Source of the DNA: the human T2T-CHM13v2.0 reference genome, Homo sapiens
Length of the DNA: 64,000 nucleotides
Strand: one strand, 5' to 3'
Assembly: GCF_009914755.1 (NCBI RefSeq)
Contig: NC_060927.1
Below are positions 32,420-48,577 of this stretch, piece after piece. The notes under the pieces were generated by a model that worked only from the letters and a program-made list of their open reading frames with translations, was not told the DNA's origin and did no database searches. The first letter of the stretch is position 1. Each line of letters opens with the position of its first letter. A program made the translations under genes and the position numbers.

Positions 32420-32570
32420 TTGTCTCTCTCCCCTAATACTACTTAATAGTTACTTAGGTATATATGTCTTATCTTCCCTACCAGTCTGAAAATCTGGAGC
32501 ATGGTTTTGTGCCAACTCCCACTGTGGAACCTAGCACAGGCCCTGAAGAAGGAGTGAATGAATGAATGAA
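32420..32570 (+). mobile_element. L2 3' end
   Basis: cctagcacagg...gtgaatgaatgaatgaa tail. Confidence 0.6.
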
Positions 32571-33088
32571 GTATATGTTATCTCCATTTGAGCCACAGTA
32601 AATGTTACTTGTTGCCAGTGGTAGTCAGCAATTGTGGTCACTCTTATTCAGCACTTGCTGTAGGAAGGTAGAAGGGCATGTTTTAAATGGAACACGAGAA
32701 TTTGAATAAATATGTCACAGATACCCTTACAAGCCTTGTAAAAATCTGACCTAATTCCTTTTAAGTAAAAGAGGTTTCATGAAAGGAAACTTACTACAAA
32801 ATCTAATTATAGACAAATCTATACCTTTAGGCTGGTATTTAAAGTCTGTAATGGTAAATTCATGTTTCTTTTTTACTGGTCATTCCTATTTTAATCAGGA
32901 AAATATCTAGTCTTTTTCCTCTTTCCTAGCAAACTTAGAATTTCTTTTACTGCTTTTTATATATCAGAAGAATCTACCTGAAACGTATTTGTAAATATAT
33001 GTATTAAACTGTTTAATAAATGGAAAGCTAGTTAATTTTGTTCAACCCATGTGTTATAAGTGCTACTGCTGTCTCATTAAAACTTTGT

Positions 33089-33248
<160 letters not shown>

Positions 33249-33924
33249 TAAAACTAAAATTTTCTATGGCAATCTTTCTGTAGTTCACTGGTTGTGATAT
33301 TATTGTTACCATCTCTACAGAATAAAAACTGGGTCATTCCAGTCTATCCCAGAGCATACTGTTTTGATACATTTACTTGCTTACATATATCCTCTTGGAT
33401 GCTTTTCCTTAGGGAAACTCAGAATATTTAAAATTGCATTATGTCTTTATTTAAATTGAAGTACTTAGAATAGGGCGAATAAATAACCTCATGACCAGAT
33501 AACACGAGTTTCAAAATCTTGAAGTTTATGCAATAAACAAAATTTTGAAAATACATTATTCACCTTATCTGAGAACTAGATGTCTAGCAGCCCTGTTAGC
33601 CACAACTCACCAAGTCATTTTGTACTGAACAGATGAATGCTTTGAAAATGGCATTTTGAAAAATGTTAGCACTTTGTTGAGTTTACTGAAACAGTATAAT
33701 TTGACTGTTTGACAGAAGTTGCCTTGGGAGAGATTATTTATCTAATTTCATCTAAACTTACTAGAATGCTATGACAGTGATATCAGAAACATGCTGGATG
33801 GGGGAGTAAGGAAGGACAACTAGCTAGACAGAAGCCCCCAGGGAGTGATAGCTGACCACAAGGTGACTTCAAGTGTTATTTAAAGAAAGGAAACATACCC
33901 AGTTGTATTGAAAGGCATGCAACA

Positions 33925-34218
<294 letters not shown>

Positions 34219-35048
34219 GGGCATTCAACATGTATAGGCTAGAGAGTAATCCTCTTACTATATTTTCATGTCTTTTGCCTCTGTTCTTAACTACTGTTTT
34301 CAATTTTATGGACTAAAAGTGACAAAGTCTCATGCTCATGACAGACAGCTCAAGGAAGAAAAAGTAGAATATGGATTAAAAGAAGAGAATGGATTTGTGA
34401 AAAATCTTAATGTAAGAATCATTAAATGCTGAGGCAGATCATATAATGTTTATCCATGGAGATTTTCAAGAAGAGAAATAAGTCTTGCAGCAGATTCTGT
34501 GTTTCTTACAGTTAGAGGGCTTGACTAGGTATCAGTGAGCGTTCCATGATTTAATAGTACCTTACAGCAAAATATGCCTCATCCTCTTTTGGAACCACAG
34601 TTGCATATACTGCGTATTTTAATCAGAAGTAGGTTATGAAGGCCACAGCAGTCACTTTTTTTTTAGGAAGAAATGTGATGCTGAGAGAAGAGGTACAGCT
34701 CAGTGATATAGAAATGTATATATCTGTGTGTGTACACACATACATGTGTATTCTATGTATTCAGCACACTCAAAACCTATGAAAAAACTATATAGTTAGC
34801 AAACACTGTGAATGTTTCTTCTGGCTGCTTGTTGTTTCTCTTTATATGTGCCTTCATTTGCAAAAGGTGTATTTTCACTTGTTCAAGTTTAATTGGATTG
34901 TGAAATATTTGTAATAAAGGTGTAATCTAATAATTCCCAGTTAACTTTCCTAACTTTATCATGAAATAAAAGTTCAGTCAGTATGCACAATAATAAAAGT
35001 TTGTCCAGTAAAGTGTGTTAATGTTATAAGCCTACACTTCAGGGACAT

Positions 35049-35123
35049 TTCTTGATTCTACTCCTTAAGATATAATTCTTGATTCTACTCCTTAAGATAA
35101 TTATTATCTACTCCTTAAGATAA
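35049..35123. repeat. Minisatellite, about 25-27 bp unit, about 3 copies
   Basis: Core tctactccttaagata occurs three times. Confidence 0.9.
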
Positions 35124-35219
35124 TAAAAATCTGTTGTGTTATTTTATAATGCTACTTATTTCTTCATAAAACTGTAAACAAATCTATTATTCTTTTCCAC
35201 CAAGAAGCACCTACAAGTT

Positions 35220-35531
35220 TTTTGTTTATTTGTTTTTCTTCTGAAACAGTCTCACTCTGTTGTCCAAGCTGGAGTACACTGGTGCGACCTTGGCTCACAG
35301 CACCCTCAACCTCCCAGGCTAAAGCTATCCTCCCACCTCAGACTCCCAAGTTACTGACTATGGCGTGTGCCACCATGCCCAGCTAACTTTCGTTGTTTTT
35401 TTTTTTTTTTTTTGTAGAGATGGGGTTTCGCCACGTTGTCCAGGCTGGTCTCGAACTCCTGAGCTTAAGCGATTCGCCCACCTTGGCCTCCCAAAATGTT
35501 GGGATTGCAGATGTGAGCCCCATGCCTGGCA
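35220..35531 (-). mobile_element. AluJ, antisense
   Basis: Antisense dimer with a T-expanded linker. Confidence 0.9.
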
Positions 35532-36890
35532 AGATTTTTGTTTTTAATATCCTGGTTAAGTTCTCCTCCCTACATGTATTTAAATTTGTTATTGATCTAC
35601 TTAAATGAACTTTAGGCATCATCTAATATAATTTATCATTGAGTAAGTGAATCTCTTCTATCACATACCAGGTATATGTTCACCTGTCTACAACTTAAAT
35701 ATCTCCCACAAGAGAAGACATCACCTGTTTTGTTGTTAGCTCTGGGGCCTAGAATGTTCATCCTCCCAGTGAGTTATAACTGACTTGGAGCAACATAGCT
35801 TGCAGAGAACAAGTCAACTCCCTTTCTCTTCCACTGACAGCCCTCAAAACATTTGAAGACAGCTGTCATGTCTGACCTTAGCTTTTAATCTAACCATCCC
35901 CCCCTGCCCCCGACCCCATTCTTAGGACCATTCCTCATCGGATGTGGATTCCACACCACTGACCTGCCAGATGACTCTCTTCTAAACCTATCATAGATTG
36001 CTAGGGTCCTCCTTAAAACATTTTACTAGAATTTAGCACACTTTTCCTGCTGCATTCAGCACCAAGGCTGTTGCTTCTCATGGTTAGACATGCTTTTTTT
36101 TTTGGAGAGAGAAATATAATTATCATCTTAACACTGTGCATATAAATGGTTGCTGGGGCAGCAGGTGTCCATCATATTCCTTAGAGTATAAGAGTGATCT
36201 GAGGATAGAGTGTGTTTTATTTACTGCTCTAACATAGCAGCCTCCACGTAATAGGTATCTGATAAGTCGTTTTGAAGAAAGGCTTAAGCTAAGTTTTCCC
36301 TCTTATATACTTAAACAATTTGGGGCCAGTTTTATATTTAATGTGATTAAAATTCATCTTTTTGTTTGTAACCTTTTGATGTTCTTTGTTTTTGGTTCTG
36401 TCATATAATGTGCAGTCACTTCCAGCTTTTGTGCTGAATACAGATTTGGGAAATAGGCCTTTCATGTCAATACCATTGGATTAAAAAATACCAGGCCTTG
36501 TTACTTTTTTTCTTTTTTCACTGTGACACAGTGAATTGGCAGAAAACATGCTAGAGTCTGTAAGCCTTAATCATATTATTAGCACTGATAATTTACACTA
36601 TTTCTAAATAAGCTGTTTTTTTACTTTCAGAACTTTGGTCACTTCAACTGTAAAATACCTGCCTCAAAGAGCTGATAGGATGATCAAATAAGATAATATA
36701 TGTGAAAGCAGTTTTTAAAATATTTTTAGAAATTATATAAATCCAAGATTATAAAGTTGTAATTGTTATTGCTGTCTTGAGAATCTCGTTAGATGTTGAT
36801 AGAATAGTTCTTATTCTTATCTGTGATTTGTTTTATAACCACTGATCCCCAAAGTTTTTAGTGTAACTTTAGTTAATAAAAATGTATTCA

Positions 36891-37368
<478 letters not shown>

Positions 37369-38309
37369 TTACGGGCACAAGGGTGGGGAGGAGTATTTTC
37401 AGGGTTATGATCCAAATCATGTGCTTGAAATACATTCATTTTTAACTGTAGTTTGTGCTACACAGGACTTTGTTTTTTACCATTTAAAGTGTGGGCCCAT
37501 GAAATTTTATTAGCTTTTTATTAGAAAAAAAACTGCATCAGCACTTCAGTTGTGTTTGTTCTGCTGAATTACCTTGAATTTTTAATTGAAAGGCAGTTGA
37601 TTGTAATTTTAGTATCAGTATTATACAAAGTTATGGAAATACTTAATGATCATGTAGTTTGAACCCTCTATGACAAGCAGGAAATTATCTTGTCTGCCTG
37701 ACTTTTAATAGATGACATTCACCCACTGAATGTATGAGAACTGAAAACTCAAATGGAAGTCAAATTCAGACTTGGAATAATCAGCCTCTGCTTTATGCAT
37801 GCCCCAGAACACTGGAATATATTAAATCAGTCCTGACACAGCTACCTTCCCCCATTCTGATGATGAAGATCTCAATCTAACCCCTTCCTGGGTAAATTAT
37901 TGTGATTCTTTACTTTCTGCATTTCCACATGTCCAAGTGATTTCCACATGTCTATCCATTGTAATAGAAACCTCTTGGTCATCACTTTTATGGTAATACA
38001 AGAAGCAAACACCAAGACTGAGACAATTGAATGAAAATCTCTAATTTTTGATTACTGGCCTCTGAAGTTATATCATCCGTTTATCCTACATATAGTAGCC
38101 CATTTGTCCTCCATATAATAGGCATTCTAACAAATGGGAAAATCTTCATGTCAAGGATCCTGCGCCAAGGCTGTGTTATGTGGCTCCTGGGTATAGACAT
38201 CAGCTCTTTGGGTCAGCTCACCTGGTGATAACCATTTCTGAGCTAATGAGCTCACAAACTCACATGAAGTGGAGTTGTGTCCGCTGTCCATTCATTTGTT
38301 CATAATGAA

Positions 38310-38900
38310 ATTTCTTTTAATTTTATTAAATAAGTAAGCTATACACATAGTAAAAAATTCAAATTCAAGTAGTAGAAAAAGAGTATAGAGTGAAAAGTCT
38401 CTACTCTCCTGTGACCCCCCCCAGTTTTCCTCTCTAAAGGCAAATCTGATTGCCAGTTTCTTCTGTATTCTCCCAGGGAATTCTGTATATTTACAGATAG
38501 ATAACGTGTATGTGCCGTTTATTTTAATATAACATACTTTTCAGCACCTTTTTCACTTATGTATCTTAGTTATTAATATTATTATAATACATACAGAGGT
38601 GCCTCATTTTTAATTGTATAATATTTCTTTGGATGTTTTATAAATTTTTAACCAACCAACACCGCCCCCATTGGGGGATACTTAGTTTGTTTTGAATCTT
38701 TTCACACTGTATTTTTTTGGATAAGTGTTCTTTGTATACCTATACCTGCATAGCAGTAGGATAAATTCCTAGGCATGGAATTGCTAGGTCAAAGAGTAAT
38801 TACATTATTTATTTTGATAGACATTTCCAAATTACTCACCAGAAGATGAGCTATTTACAGTTTCATCAGCAATGTTTAACCACAATAAAAATTTTATCTT
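38310..38900 (-). mobile_element. L1ME-like fragment
   Basis: gtaggataaattcctaggcatggaattgctaggtcaaagag. Confidence 0.65.
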
Positions 38901-39559
38901 TCCAACGACAGTTAATTATCCCTCATCTTCCAAGTTCCTCCCAGGATTTAGATACATAAAAAGCCAAAATCCAAAGATTCTTAATAAGCATGAAATGAGG
39001 GCCAAGGGAGTTGTATGGTCTTGAGGTCTTAGGGTTTTCAGACAGCCCGCTGCTTCCCCGTCAGATGTATCAGAAGAGACTGGACTCTTCTGACACATCC
39101 CATGCCTCTTTCTTTGTACCATGCTTGATTTAAAAAATCATTAAAGTCAAATCTCTCTTTTCAAGACTCTATATTGATAGTTCCCTTTCAGTGTGTTCTT
39201 ATTATATTTTCATTATTTTATCACATAGAATTATTCTATTAACCAGATTGTGATTATTTTTCAATTATTACATTTTAATTTGTCTGATTACAAATTGTGT
39301 GGAGTACATTTCCTTCAGAAATAAAAATGTAGAAAGTATTATTTCAAAACATGTTTCCTAAAAACAGCTAATTCCATTGGAATTTGGGAATCTTTACTCA
39401 GAAGTAGTACTTGCTGGTCCTTAAGAGCTTGATTTCTTTCCTGTTACTTACTTCAGTATTTTCTTGTTTTAAACTCTTAGGCTCATCAAGGTTTTGGTCA
39501 ATGGTTCTCTGTCCTCTGACTACCACTGACTGATCAATAAATTTTTATTTAAAAAAAAA

Positions 39560-39700
39560 CTTTATTATTATTATCATTATTATTATTATTTGGAGAAACA
39601 GGGTCTCACCATGTTACCCAGGCTGGTCTCGAACTCCTGGGCTCAAGCAGCCCTGCCTCAGCCTCCCAAAGGGATTACAGGCATGAGCCATCATGCCAGC
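39560..39700 (-). mobile_element. FLAM/Alu monomer with (TTA)n tail
   Basis: Antisense left monomer; TSD tgatc(a/g)ata(a/g)att. Confidence 0.88.
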
Positions 39701-39720
39701 TTGATCGATAGATTATTCTA

Positions 39721-40037
<317 letters not shown>

Positions 40038-41608
40038 TAATTAATAATTCTAAAGTGTTTTAGAAATACAATACTCTATAGAAGCCACCAGTGATATTCC
40101 ATCCCCAGATTTCCTAATGTACCACTAATGAGTCATATGTAAGTAGAAAATGTGATTGATTTATTTGATCTACATCTAGCAAATATATTGTGAACATGAA
40201 GTATTAGGTTACGTTTTAAGAATCTCTTGAAAATTATGTCACATTTTAAATGGTATTTATCATAGCTATCAGATGCTTCCCAAGTAATTGTGCAAATAAT
40301 TTGGTCACTGCCTTAGCCAGCAGTATGTTCTTTATTCACTAAGTGATTCTTTTGTTATCTATTTCCATATCTATCTTCTATTCAAAGAAACAAAGTAATT
40401 ACCAACTATTTGTATTATCAGAATATACTAAATATTTTATAATCCCCGAAGACTAATGTAATTGGAGGGGAAGCAAGAGTGGAGGTTAATTAGAGAAATT
40501 ATATTAGAAATCAGTGTGTACTATTATTTTTTTTTTACCCCTTCAACAGTGTCATGGACTGTTAATGATTGCATCAGTTATGGTAAACTCTGATAATCTG
40601 ATATGTTCTGTGAGTGTGTGAATAATACATAACAGATTTAATGTAACTTCCTTACTTTCTGCAGTTCCCATACAGGATTGTTTTTTTCCTTAACAAATAT
40701 TTTTATTAAAAATATTTTCCTTGTAACCTTAAACTTAGGATAAATTCTACTCATTATTATCGGTGAATATGATATACTTATTAGGATATAGGGACATGTT
40801 TTAGGTTTCTAAATAGGGTATCATTCTTTCCTTTTGGGTTCTGTTTTCACCTTCAAGTTAAAATTAACAAGGGTTTATAGACAGACAGTAGTAGCAATGA
40901 TTAAAATTAATTGTAGTATATTTCCCCAGACTTTCTTATAAGAATAATATCCTTATTCAATAGACTTTGCCACAGAATAGTGTTAACAGACTTTTTATGG
41001 TTTGATTGGGGATCCTAGTCACTATTAATTGTACATTTCTGGATGAAGTCTTTTTCTGTGTTTCAAAAAAGTTACTTATTTAAAAAAAATGTTGACCTAA
41101 AACCCATTCCAAAATTGAGGACTAATTCCATTGTGTTTCTCAAGAAATTACATACTGCATAATGTTTATTTTGTGCTTGAAAGCAATTATTAACCAATCT
41201 CTTTAAATATGTAATTTTCAGTAACATTTAATGTTTCTGACATTTATTCTTAGATTTTACGCTCTCTTTCTAAAATTATGGAACAAGTCTACAGGAATGT
41301 GACCAAGCAGGAGAAGAATCCTTTTAATTATATGATAGTGGTAAATTGTTTTGTGCTCTGGAATAATCCACCAGAAAGGTAAAGGAGATAAACTGGTACC
41401 CATCCAGCAATAAAATGGTTTTGTATCTACTCCAGAAAACTGCAGCAAAGAGCTGGCAGATGTGTGATGCTTTGTCAAACTTTATCAACTACCTTTGAAA
41501 AGAAGAAATTTTTGAGTCAATACTTAGGAAAGAGAACACCCCGAAGATCTATCTGATATGACTCACTGCCGCTAGTGTGAAACTAAAATGTTTGTGTTTT
41601 TATTTTAG

Positions 41609-41791
41609 TGACATTGTATGCCTCCTGTATTCTCCTGGGAGTGTTCTTGAATAGCAGCGTGCCTATATTTTTTGAGCTTTTTGTGGAAACTGTCTACCCA
41701 GTTCCAGAAGGAATTACTTGTGGAGTTGTCACTTTTTTAAGTAATATGTTTATGGGAGTACTTTTATTTTTTCTCACATTTTATCATACAG
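41609..41791 (+). CDS. SLC49A4: SLC49A4 coding exon (probably exon 8), 183 nt
   Basis: ttttattttag|TGACATTG...CATACAG|gtaaga; (V)[60 protein letters not shown](E). Confidence 0.96.
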
Positions 41792-41989
41792 GTAAGAAAT
41801 TTGATTTTTTATTTACTATCTAAATGTGTTACAAGAAAAGTTTGGGTCACTAGTGTATAGAAGTTTTTATATGGAGAAGTCTCACCAAGGCAAATTACTT
41901 TATGTGAACTTCCATTGCCAGTAAAAGAAAAATTCCTCAGTTGTTTTTCTTAAAATGCATTCTAGCTCAAGTGCACCCTCACTCTTCTC

Positions 41990-42143
41990 TGCCCCGCCCC
42001 TGTACTCCCCCACCCCCGAATTTCTGAATTAATTAACCTGGGCTGGAGCCCAGTATTTGTATTTTTAAAATCCTCCCCACCCCCACGCCTTACCCTACCA
42101 GGTGATTCAAATATGTAGATTCTCATTGAGAACCTCTGGTCTA
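41990..42143. mobile_element. MER5A-like fragment
   Basis: ctgggctggagcccagtatttgtattttta...caggtgattc...tgagaacctctg. Confidence 0.55.
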
Positions 42144-42226
42144 TTGCTTTTTAAAAACTACTTCGAATCTCTCTTAACACAGGGTGTAAATTAATGTTAG
42201 GGGTGTATATGGAGTTTAAAGCCTGA

Positions 42227-42673
<447 letters not shown>

Positions 42674-43794
42674 AGAAACTTTCAAAGCCAGTGTGAAACA
42701 TAATTATCCCTGGGTTTTGGACAACTTCTGGCATAGCACTTTCACCCAACAGCAAAAAGTGTCCATAGGATAGATGAATTTCTTAATATAATGAACAGTA
42801 CATTAGATTGTTTCTGTCAATCAGTAATGCAGGTAAAGTAGGTCTTTGCTAAACCTGATACAAGTTTGGTTTATCATATGAAGGAGAGTGATATTAATGA
42901 AGTCAGAAGGCCACTCTTTGTTGTCCTGGAAACACGTGCTTCCATTAGGGAAAAGTGCCATCACCAGAAATCAGGTTCTTTGCTTCCAATTAGTTTTCTC
43001 AACAGCGAAGTCTGACAATCATTACATATCAGCTTTAATCCACTTCAGTTGTATCACAATTTAAATTAAGTGGCTTATTGCCTGTCTGCCTGGTAAAGCA
43101 TCGGAGATGGCTGTGATCCCCCCTGGGATGGTAGAAGCAGTTTTCCAGCCGATGGGCACAGCTTTGCTTAGTGGTTGGTGCCGCCCAGCAGAGCATGGTT
43201 TTTCCTGTCAGCTAGAAATAGAGTTTTGTCCTCCCAGTATTTAAAAAGAACAACAGCAGGTGCCAGATAATGTTATCCCCCAATAAATCTTTTGCTTATG
43301 GTCTCTAGGATATAACAAACACATTTTTGTTGATCAGTTTAAGGCAGAGAAGACACCAATAATGGAAACTGCCCTAAACTGTCTTACTGCAGCAGAGCTC
43401 CGTACACACCTGACCATTTTGCCTGGCCAGTAGTTTATCTCTGTCACTCTCCTGGGTCCTGCTGCGGTTTTGACTTGTTTAACAGCATCTGGTGTCTGGA
43501 GTGAATTAAATGGAACCGACGTCAGTCAGTGCTCATTCCTCATTTTGCAAATTCATAGTGACCAGATACAAGCAGATATTTTATTTCTTTGGCAGAGGGA
43601 GCAGAAGGAACACTTAGCACTATTTCTGCCCATTTCTGATATAATCAAGGATTTTTCTAGCTGGGAGAAACAAAACTTCCCTCTTTTTGGTCAGTTTCTG
43701 ACCACGTGTTCTTATACATGTTTGTGTAGATGTTAAAAAGTTTCCACCTAAACTTTGTGACTATTGTGAACAAAAGTGAAACTTATTTTTTAAA

Positions 43795-43920
43795 TAATTT
43801 CAATGTTTCTTTTAGATTCAAGGAGTACATGTGCAGGATTGTTACATGGGTATATTTCATGACAATGAGGTTTGGGACATGAATGATCCCATCACCCAGG
43901 TAGTGAGCATAGTACCCTAT
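43795..43920 (-). mobile_element. Short primate L1 3' UTR fragment
   Basis: gtacatgtgcaggattgttacatgggtata...atcacccaggtagtgagcatagtacc. Confidence 0.75.
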
Positions 43921-44549
43921 GAAACTATAAATAATCATTAATTTTAATCCACCAAGGTGGTTTCCAGGAAAAAGGTCTCATTAAATTTTGGCATTTTAGG
44001 CAGTTAATGAGAAGATACCTGTAAAAGAGCCAAGTCCAGGGCACAGCTGGCACCCACCAGTGTTTGTTTTGTTTCTTCTAGATAATTAGCTGACTGATGC
44101 TAGGAAGTTAAATATCTAGTCTTCCATTGTAAAGAAATGCTTTTATATGTGTATTTATGAGTGTGCATAATGAATACACAGAAACATCGTCCACATCTCT
44201 CTAGGGCTAAAGTTACTAGAACCATGAAATCTATGTTGAAACTCTTTTTAGTAGGATTAATTGATCTTCCCCTAAAAGTCCTGCAGCAGAGGTCCACATT
44301 CTTTATGGTCTCAGGTATGATTATACACAAATTGCAAATCTAAAAATTCTGTAAAACTGTTTCCTAACAATAACTGTTAGTTCCACAGCCTAGTACCCTA
44401 AACATTTTATATGATAAACTGAACCCCCTTCCATTAAAGCCAGTGTTCATATGTCATTATTCAGTTATTTTGAAACTTGAAAACTCACCCAGAAGTTAAT
44501 TATATGTCAAAATTCAACTATTAGTTATGTGATTAGAAGGCCTGAATTT

Positions 44550-44845
<296 letters not shown>

Positions 44846-47800
44846 TAGAAGGCCTGATTTTTAATCATCATAAAGATCTGTGGTTTTTTAAGTCACTTCT
44901 CAAGGAAGTACTAAACTTCCTGACTAGGGTTTTTCCCCCTACAGTGTGCTATCTGATAAATGAATACATCAGATAATTTTTCAGGGCTATACAGACTAAC
45001 CCCAAAATGACCATAATGGAATATCTTGCCTAGCAAGCTAGGTTCTGCTGGCAATTTGCTTGCAGATTAGAGCCATTGCAGTCATTGAGGGCAAATGTGG
45101 TTCAGGCTCCTATACCAATGCCACTGGCTTATTTGGAGCCCTGGGTCACAGGGTCTCCACCTCCTATTTCAGTTCTGCTTTGGGTACCTGGAACCTTGTC
45201 AGAAGTTTTTTAGAGTTTTACTGACTTGGATTTTTCAAGGTCACTTTCAAAAAAAAAGTTGTTACTTGCTCCCTAATATAAACATATTTGTAAAACTGAG
45301 TTGCTTCCTGTGTTTGTTTTGAGAATCCCATTGAGTTGACATAGCACAGTGATGCTTTATTCTAATGATGTCACATAGAAAAATCAATTTGAGAATGCTG
45401 TTGTATCCTTTATGTGCTCTGCAATGTATTCTGTTTAATATTCTGAAGTTTGTGTTATCTGTTACTTTTTGTTCTAGAAGCTTTGCAGCGGGTTTTGCTA
45501 AAAGCATCATGATTTTTATCTCAGCTCTTTCATTTTAAAGTGGCTGACCATGAATGTGAGGCTGTGTTGTCACTCAAAAGATTCAGGGGCCTGGCAGAGG
45601 TGGGAGGCATTGACTAATGGTTACCAGGAAAACAAAGAGCAGGTTCAACAGATGTGGACTAGTGAGAAGTAATTTTATATCTAAGAAGCAGAATAATGGA
45701 ATGTGATGGTAAGATCTACTGGGTAATTGATGTGGAATGAAGATAGCAGGGCATTATCCTGGGAAATCATGGGGTCAGCTGGCTGCTCACCTTGAGTGAG
45801 AAAGGAGACAATCTTGTTAAATCATCATAAAAGAAAATAGGAAGTTTGTTCTGGAGAGTGGTAGCTGGAAACAGACAAGTACTTATAAGTGGTAGAAACC
45901 GAAAGCGTGACTCCACTGTAGGGAAAGATGAGGTGAAAAGTACAACAGTGCTTCCAGAAGAAAAAGTAAGAGGATGAGCAAAATCCCAATTAATTCAGTC
46001 CCAACAGAGCCTCACCATTTGGTGCAGAGCCCACTTCACTGAGTAAAGTCGAGCACCTGTCTAAACTATAAGTTGGCAGAATGAGCACTCCGACTGCTGT
46101 GTAGTAGACAGTAGAGACACAGCAGAAGTATGGGGCAGACTGTAGGCCCCTGCCTTCAAGTGTGGATTTATATTTTATCTAGTGAAAGGCAAAGGGAAGG
46201 AGTATTAGAAAACCATGCTCATTTTAAAAGATGAAAAGAATTATAATACAAAAATTTCAGTGGCTCGCGATTCTGTTAGTTCATCTACATCAGGGTCAGA
46301 AAGGGGATCAGAAAGGACAGCAGCTGACTTTGCTACTGCCAAGTCAAATTAGATTTTTAAGCAAGTCATTTCCTTGCTTATTAGAGCACCTAAACAGTGG
46401 TTTATGTGAATGGTTTTCAGCAGGAAAATGTAGAGGTTCCCCTATCTCTGACTTTTTGCTTTCTAAAAAGGCAAATAATTTCGAAGAACACTTGTAGTTG
46501 ATTGAGACAAGTGAATTTACTGAGAGGTGGATTTGACTTTTGAGAGAGAGGCACACAGTAAAAACCAGTCAACAAACCATGGCGCTAAAGAGCAATTATG
46601 AGACGTTTTTAGAGATTTCATCTGAACCTATGTAGAAGAAATGATTTTACAATTCTAATAGTAACGCTGAAATAAAAGATCTGTTTTGACAATATTTGAA
46701 ATGTTTCTCAGTTTAAGAAAAGCAAGGACAGGCGGATTGTTGCTATGTGTGTTGCTCTAGTTCCCCATAAAATACAGTCTCTAAGATATAGCAACTATCG
46801 TTGTAAACTGTTTTGTCAATTACCATACTTTTTTTTATCTGTTGCTTAAAACTTGACCCTGAAGTCCAAGTTCTCCCTTTTAATACAAACAAAATGCTAT
46901 TGTCTATATTTTACTACTTTTTAATTTTTTACTGCTTCTTTTTGCCTAGTAAAATTATCAGAAATCCAGGGGTTATATAGTCAACATAAAAGCAGAAAAT
47001 GCCCAGTGTGTCATTTCAGGGAACATCAGAATGAAGACAGGATCTCATAGATCACATCTTCTCTGAGTATTTAGACTATGTCCAATCCAAGTAAAGCAGA
47101 GAAAACAGCTTTGCATAAAAATACCATTGAAATATATGTCTTTGTTACATACTATAGAATAGCATGTCTGACTTTTAAAACATAGTAATAGAGAGGTGGG
47201 GAGTCTGTATTTGTGAGCATATTACAGAAAAAAAGGTATTGCAGCACCTTTTCTTGCCAGTCAGTTTTCTGATTTCCATTCCTGAGCATAAATTGCTCCT
47301 TTAGCCATAAGAACTATGGATTAAACTAAAGCAGCAGTGTGGAAATCTTTAGGATGACTTTTGAAGATTAAGGCAGTATTAGCATTTTGTAGAAGTACAA
47401 AGGGAAAATATAAACCCATAACAGTGACCAAAAAAGAAAAAAGGCACCAAGGAGCTTATTTTCCTTGTTTATTTTTTGAATTGAAACTGCTGAATGGATA
47501 TTAAACTAGAAACGTTGTCCCCACCACCTTCACCAACCTCTTTATGCCGAGGAGCTATTCACTTCAGAGCCTTGGGATTGACTGGCAGATGGGATTGGGG
47601 TAGAGGAAGGCTGAACAGATGCACAGCCCTAGGGTCCCTGGAGCTCCAGGAAGCAGCTAGAGGCAGCCACAGTGGTCAGTGTGTGTTGGTAGCAAATGGC
47701 TGAGGATTGTCTTGTTGGAGAATCCTGAATTCATGAGAGAGCATTTCTAAAGAACCATGTTCTTGACACATTAAATCAAACAACAACAGAATTGCCCATT

Positions 47801-48461
47801 CAGATGATGCCTATAGGTTTTCCAATAATTGGCATCATATATAACCATTCATGCTGGTAGAGAAAAAGACTAGAAAGAAATAAGCCAAAATATTCACAGT
47901 GATCTCTCTGGGGACAGAATTATGATTGATTTTTTTGTATGTTTTATTTTTAAATATATTTTCTCATCTATTTTACAGTGATTTCTACTTAATGTTTTTG
48001 CTGAGAAATAGATATTTCTATCCAAAACATATAAAAGTGTTATTTCAAAATTCAGATGATTTTCGTATTTGTCTTTTTAATCCATCAGATATTTATAAAC
48101 AGGGACAAGAGTGATGATGATAGAGGGTACTTAAAAAATAATTATCAAACTAACATTTAAAGGTGATTGATTTTTTTTCTTTGAAGTAATTTATTTTGTA
48201 ACCAAAGTCAAGGTGGATTAAATTGATGAAAAGTTATGAACAATATTGATTAAAAATATTCCACATGGAAGCCCCGTCATATATTACACACATCACTTAG
48301 TCTCCAGATTGTCACTATTTATTGAAAGCCAGTTTCTAGGCCTTCCAGGGTACATTTATTATAAGTACTTTTTAATGCAGAGCAGATTCCTTCCGGCATA
48401 CAGGTGGTGGTCTGCTGGTGATACATGAATGTTTAAAACTGCATGTTTTTTTGTCTTACAG

Positions 48462-48577
48462 AGTTGTCTTGGTTCAACTGGTGCCTTCCCGGGTCGTGTT
48501 TGCTCAGTCTCCTCCTCATTCTGTGCTTCAGGGAATCCTATGACAGACTCTATCTTGATGTGGTTGTCTCCGTTTAA
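48462..48577 (+). CDS. SLC49A4: SLC49A4 terminal coding exon (probably exon 9)
   Basis: ttttgtcttacag|AGTTGTCT...GTTTAA(TAG); (E)[37 protein letters not shown]. Confidence 0.96.

Noticed and set aside
35049-35123. Short direct repeats as a CRISPR-like array
   Set aside because: Eukaryotic intron, no unique spacers of regular length, no cas genes.
42930-43715. CACGTG E-boxes as TFEB CLEAR sites for a lysosomal gene
   Set aside because: They lack the TCACGTGA flanks and are far from the promoter; compatible with chance.
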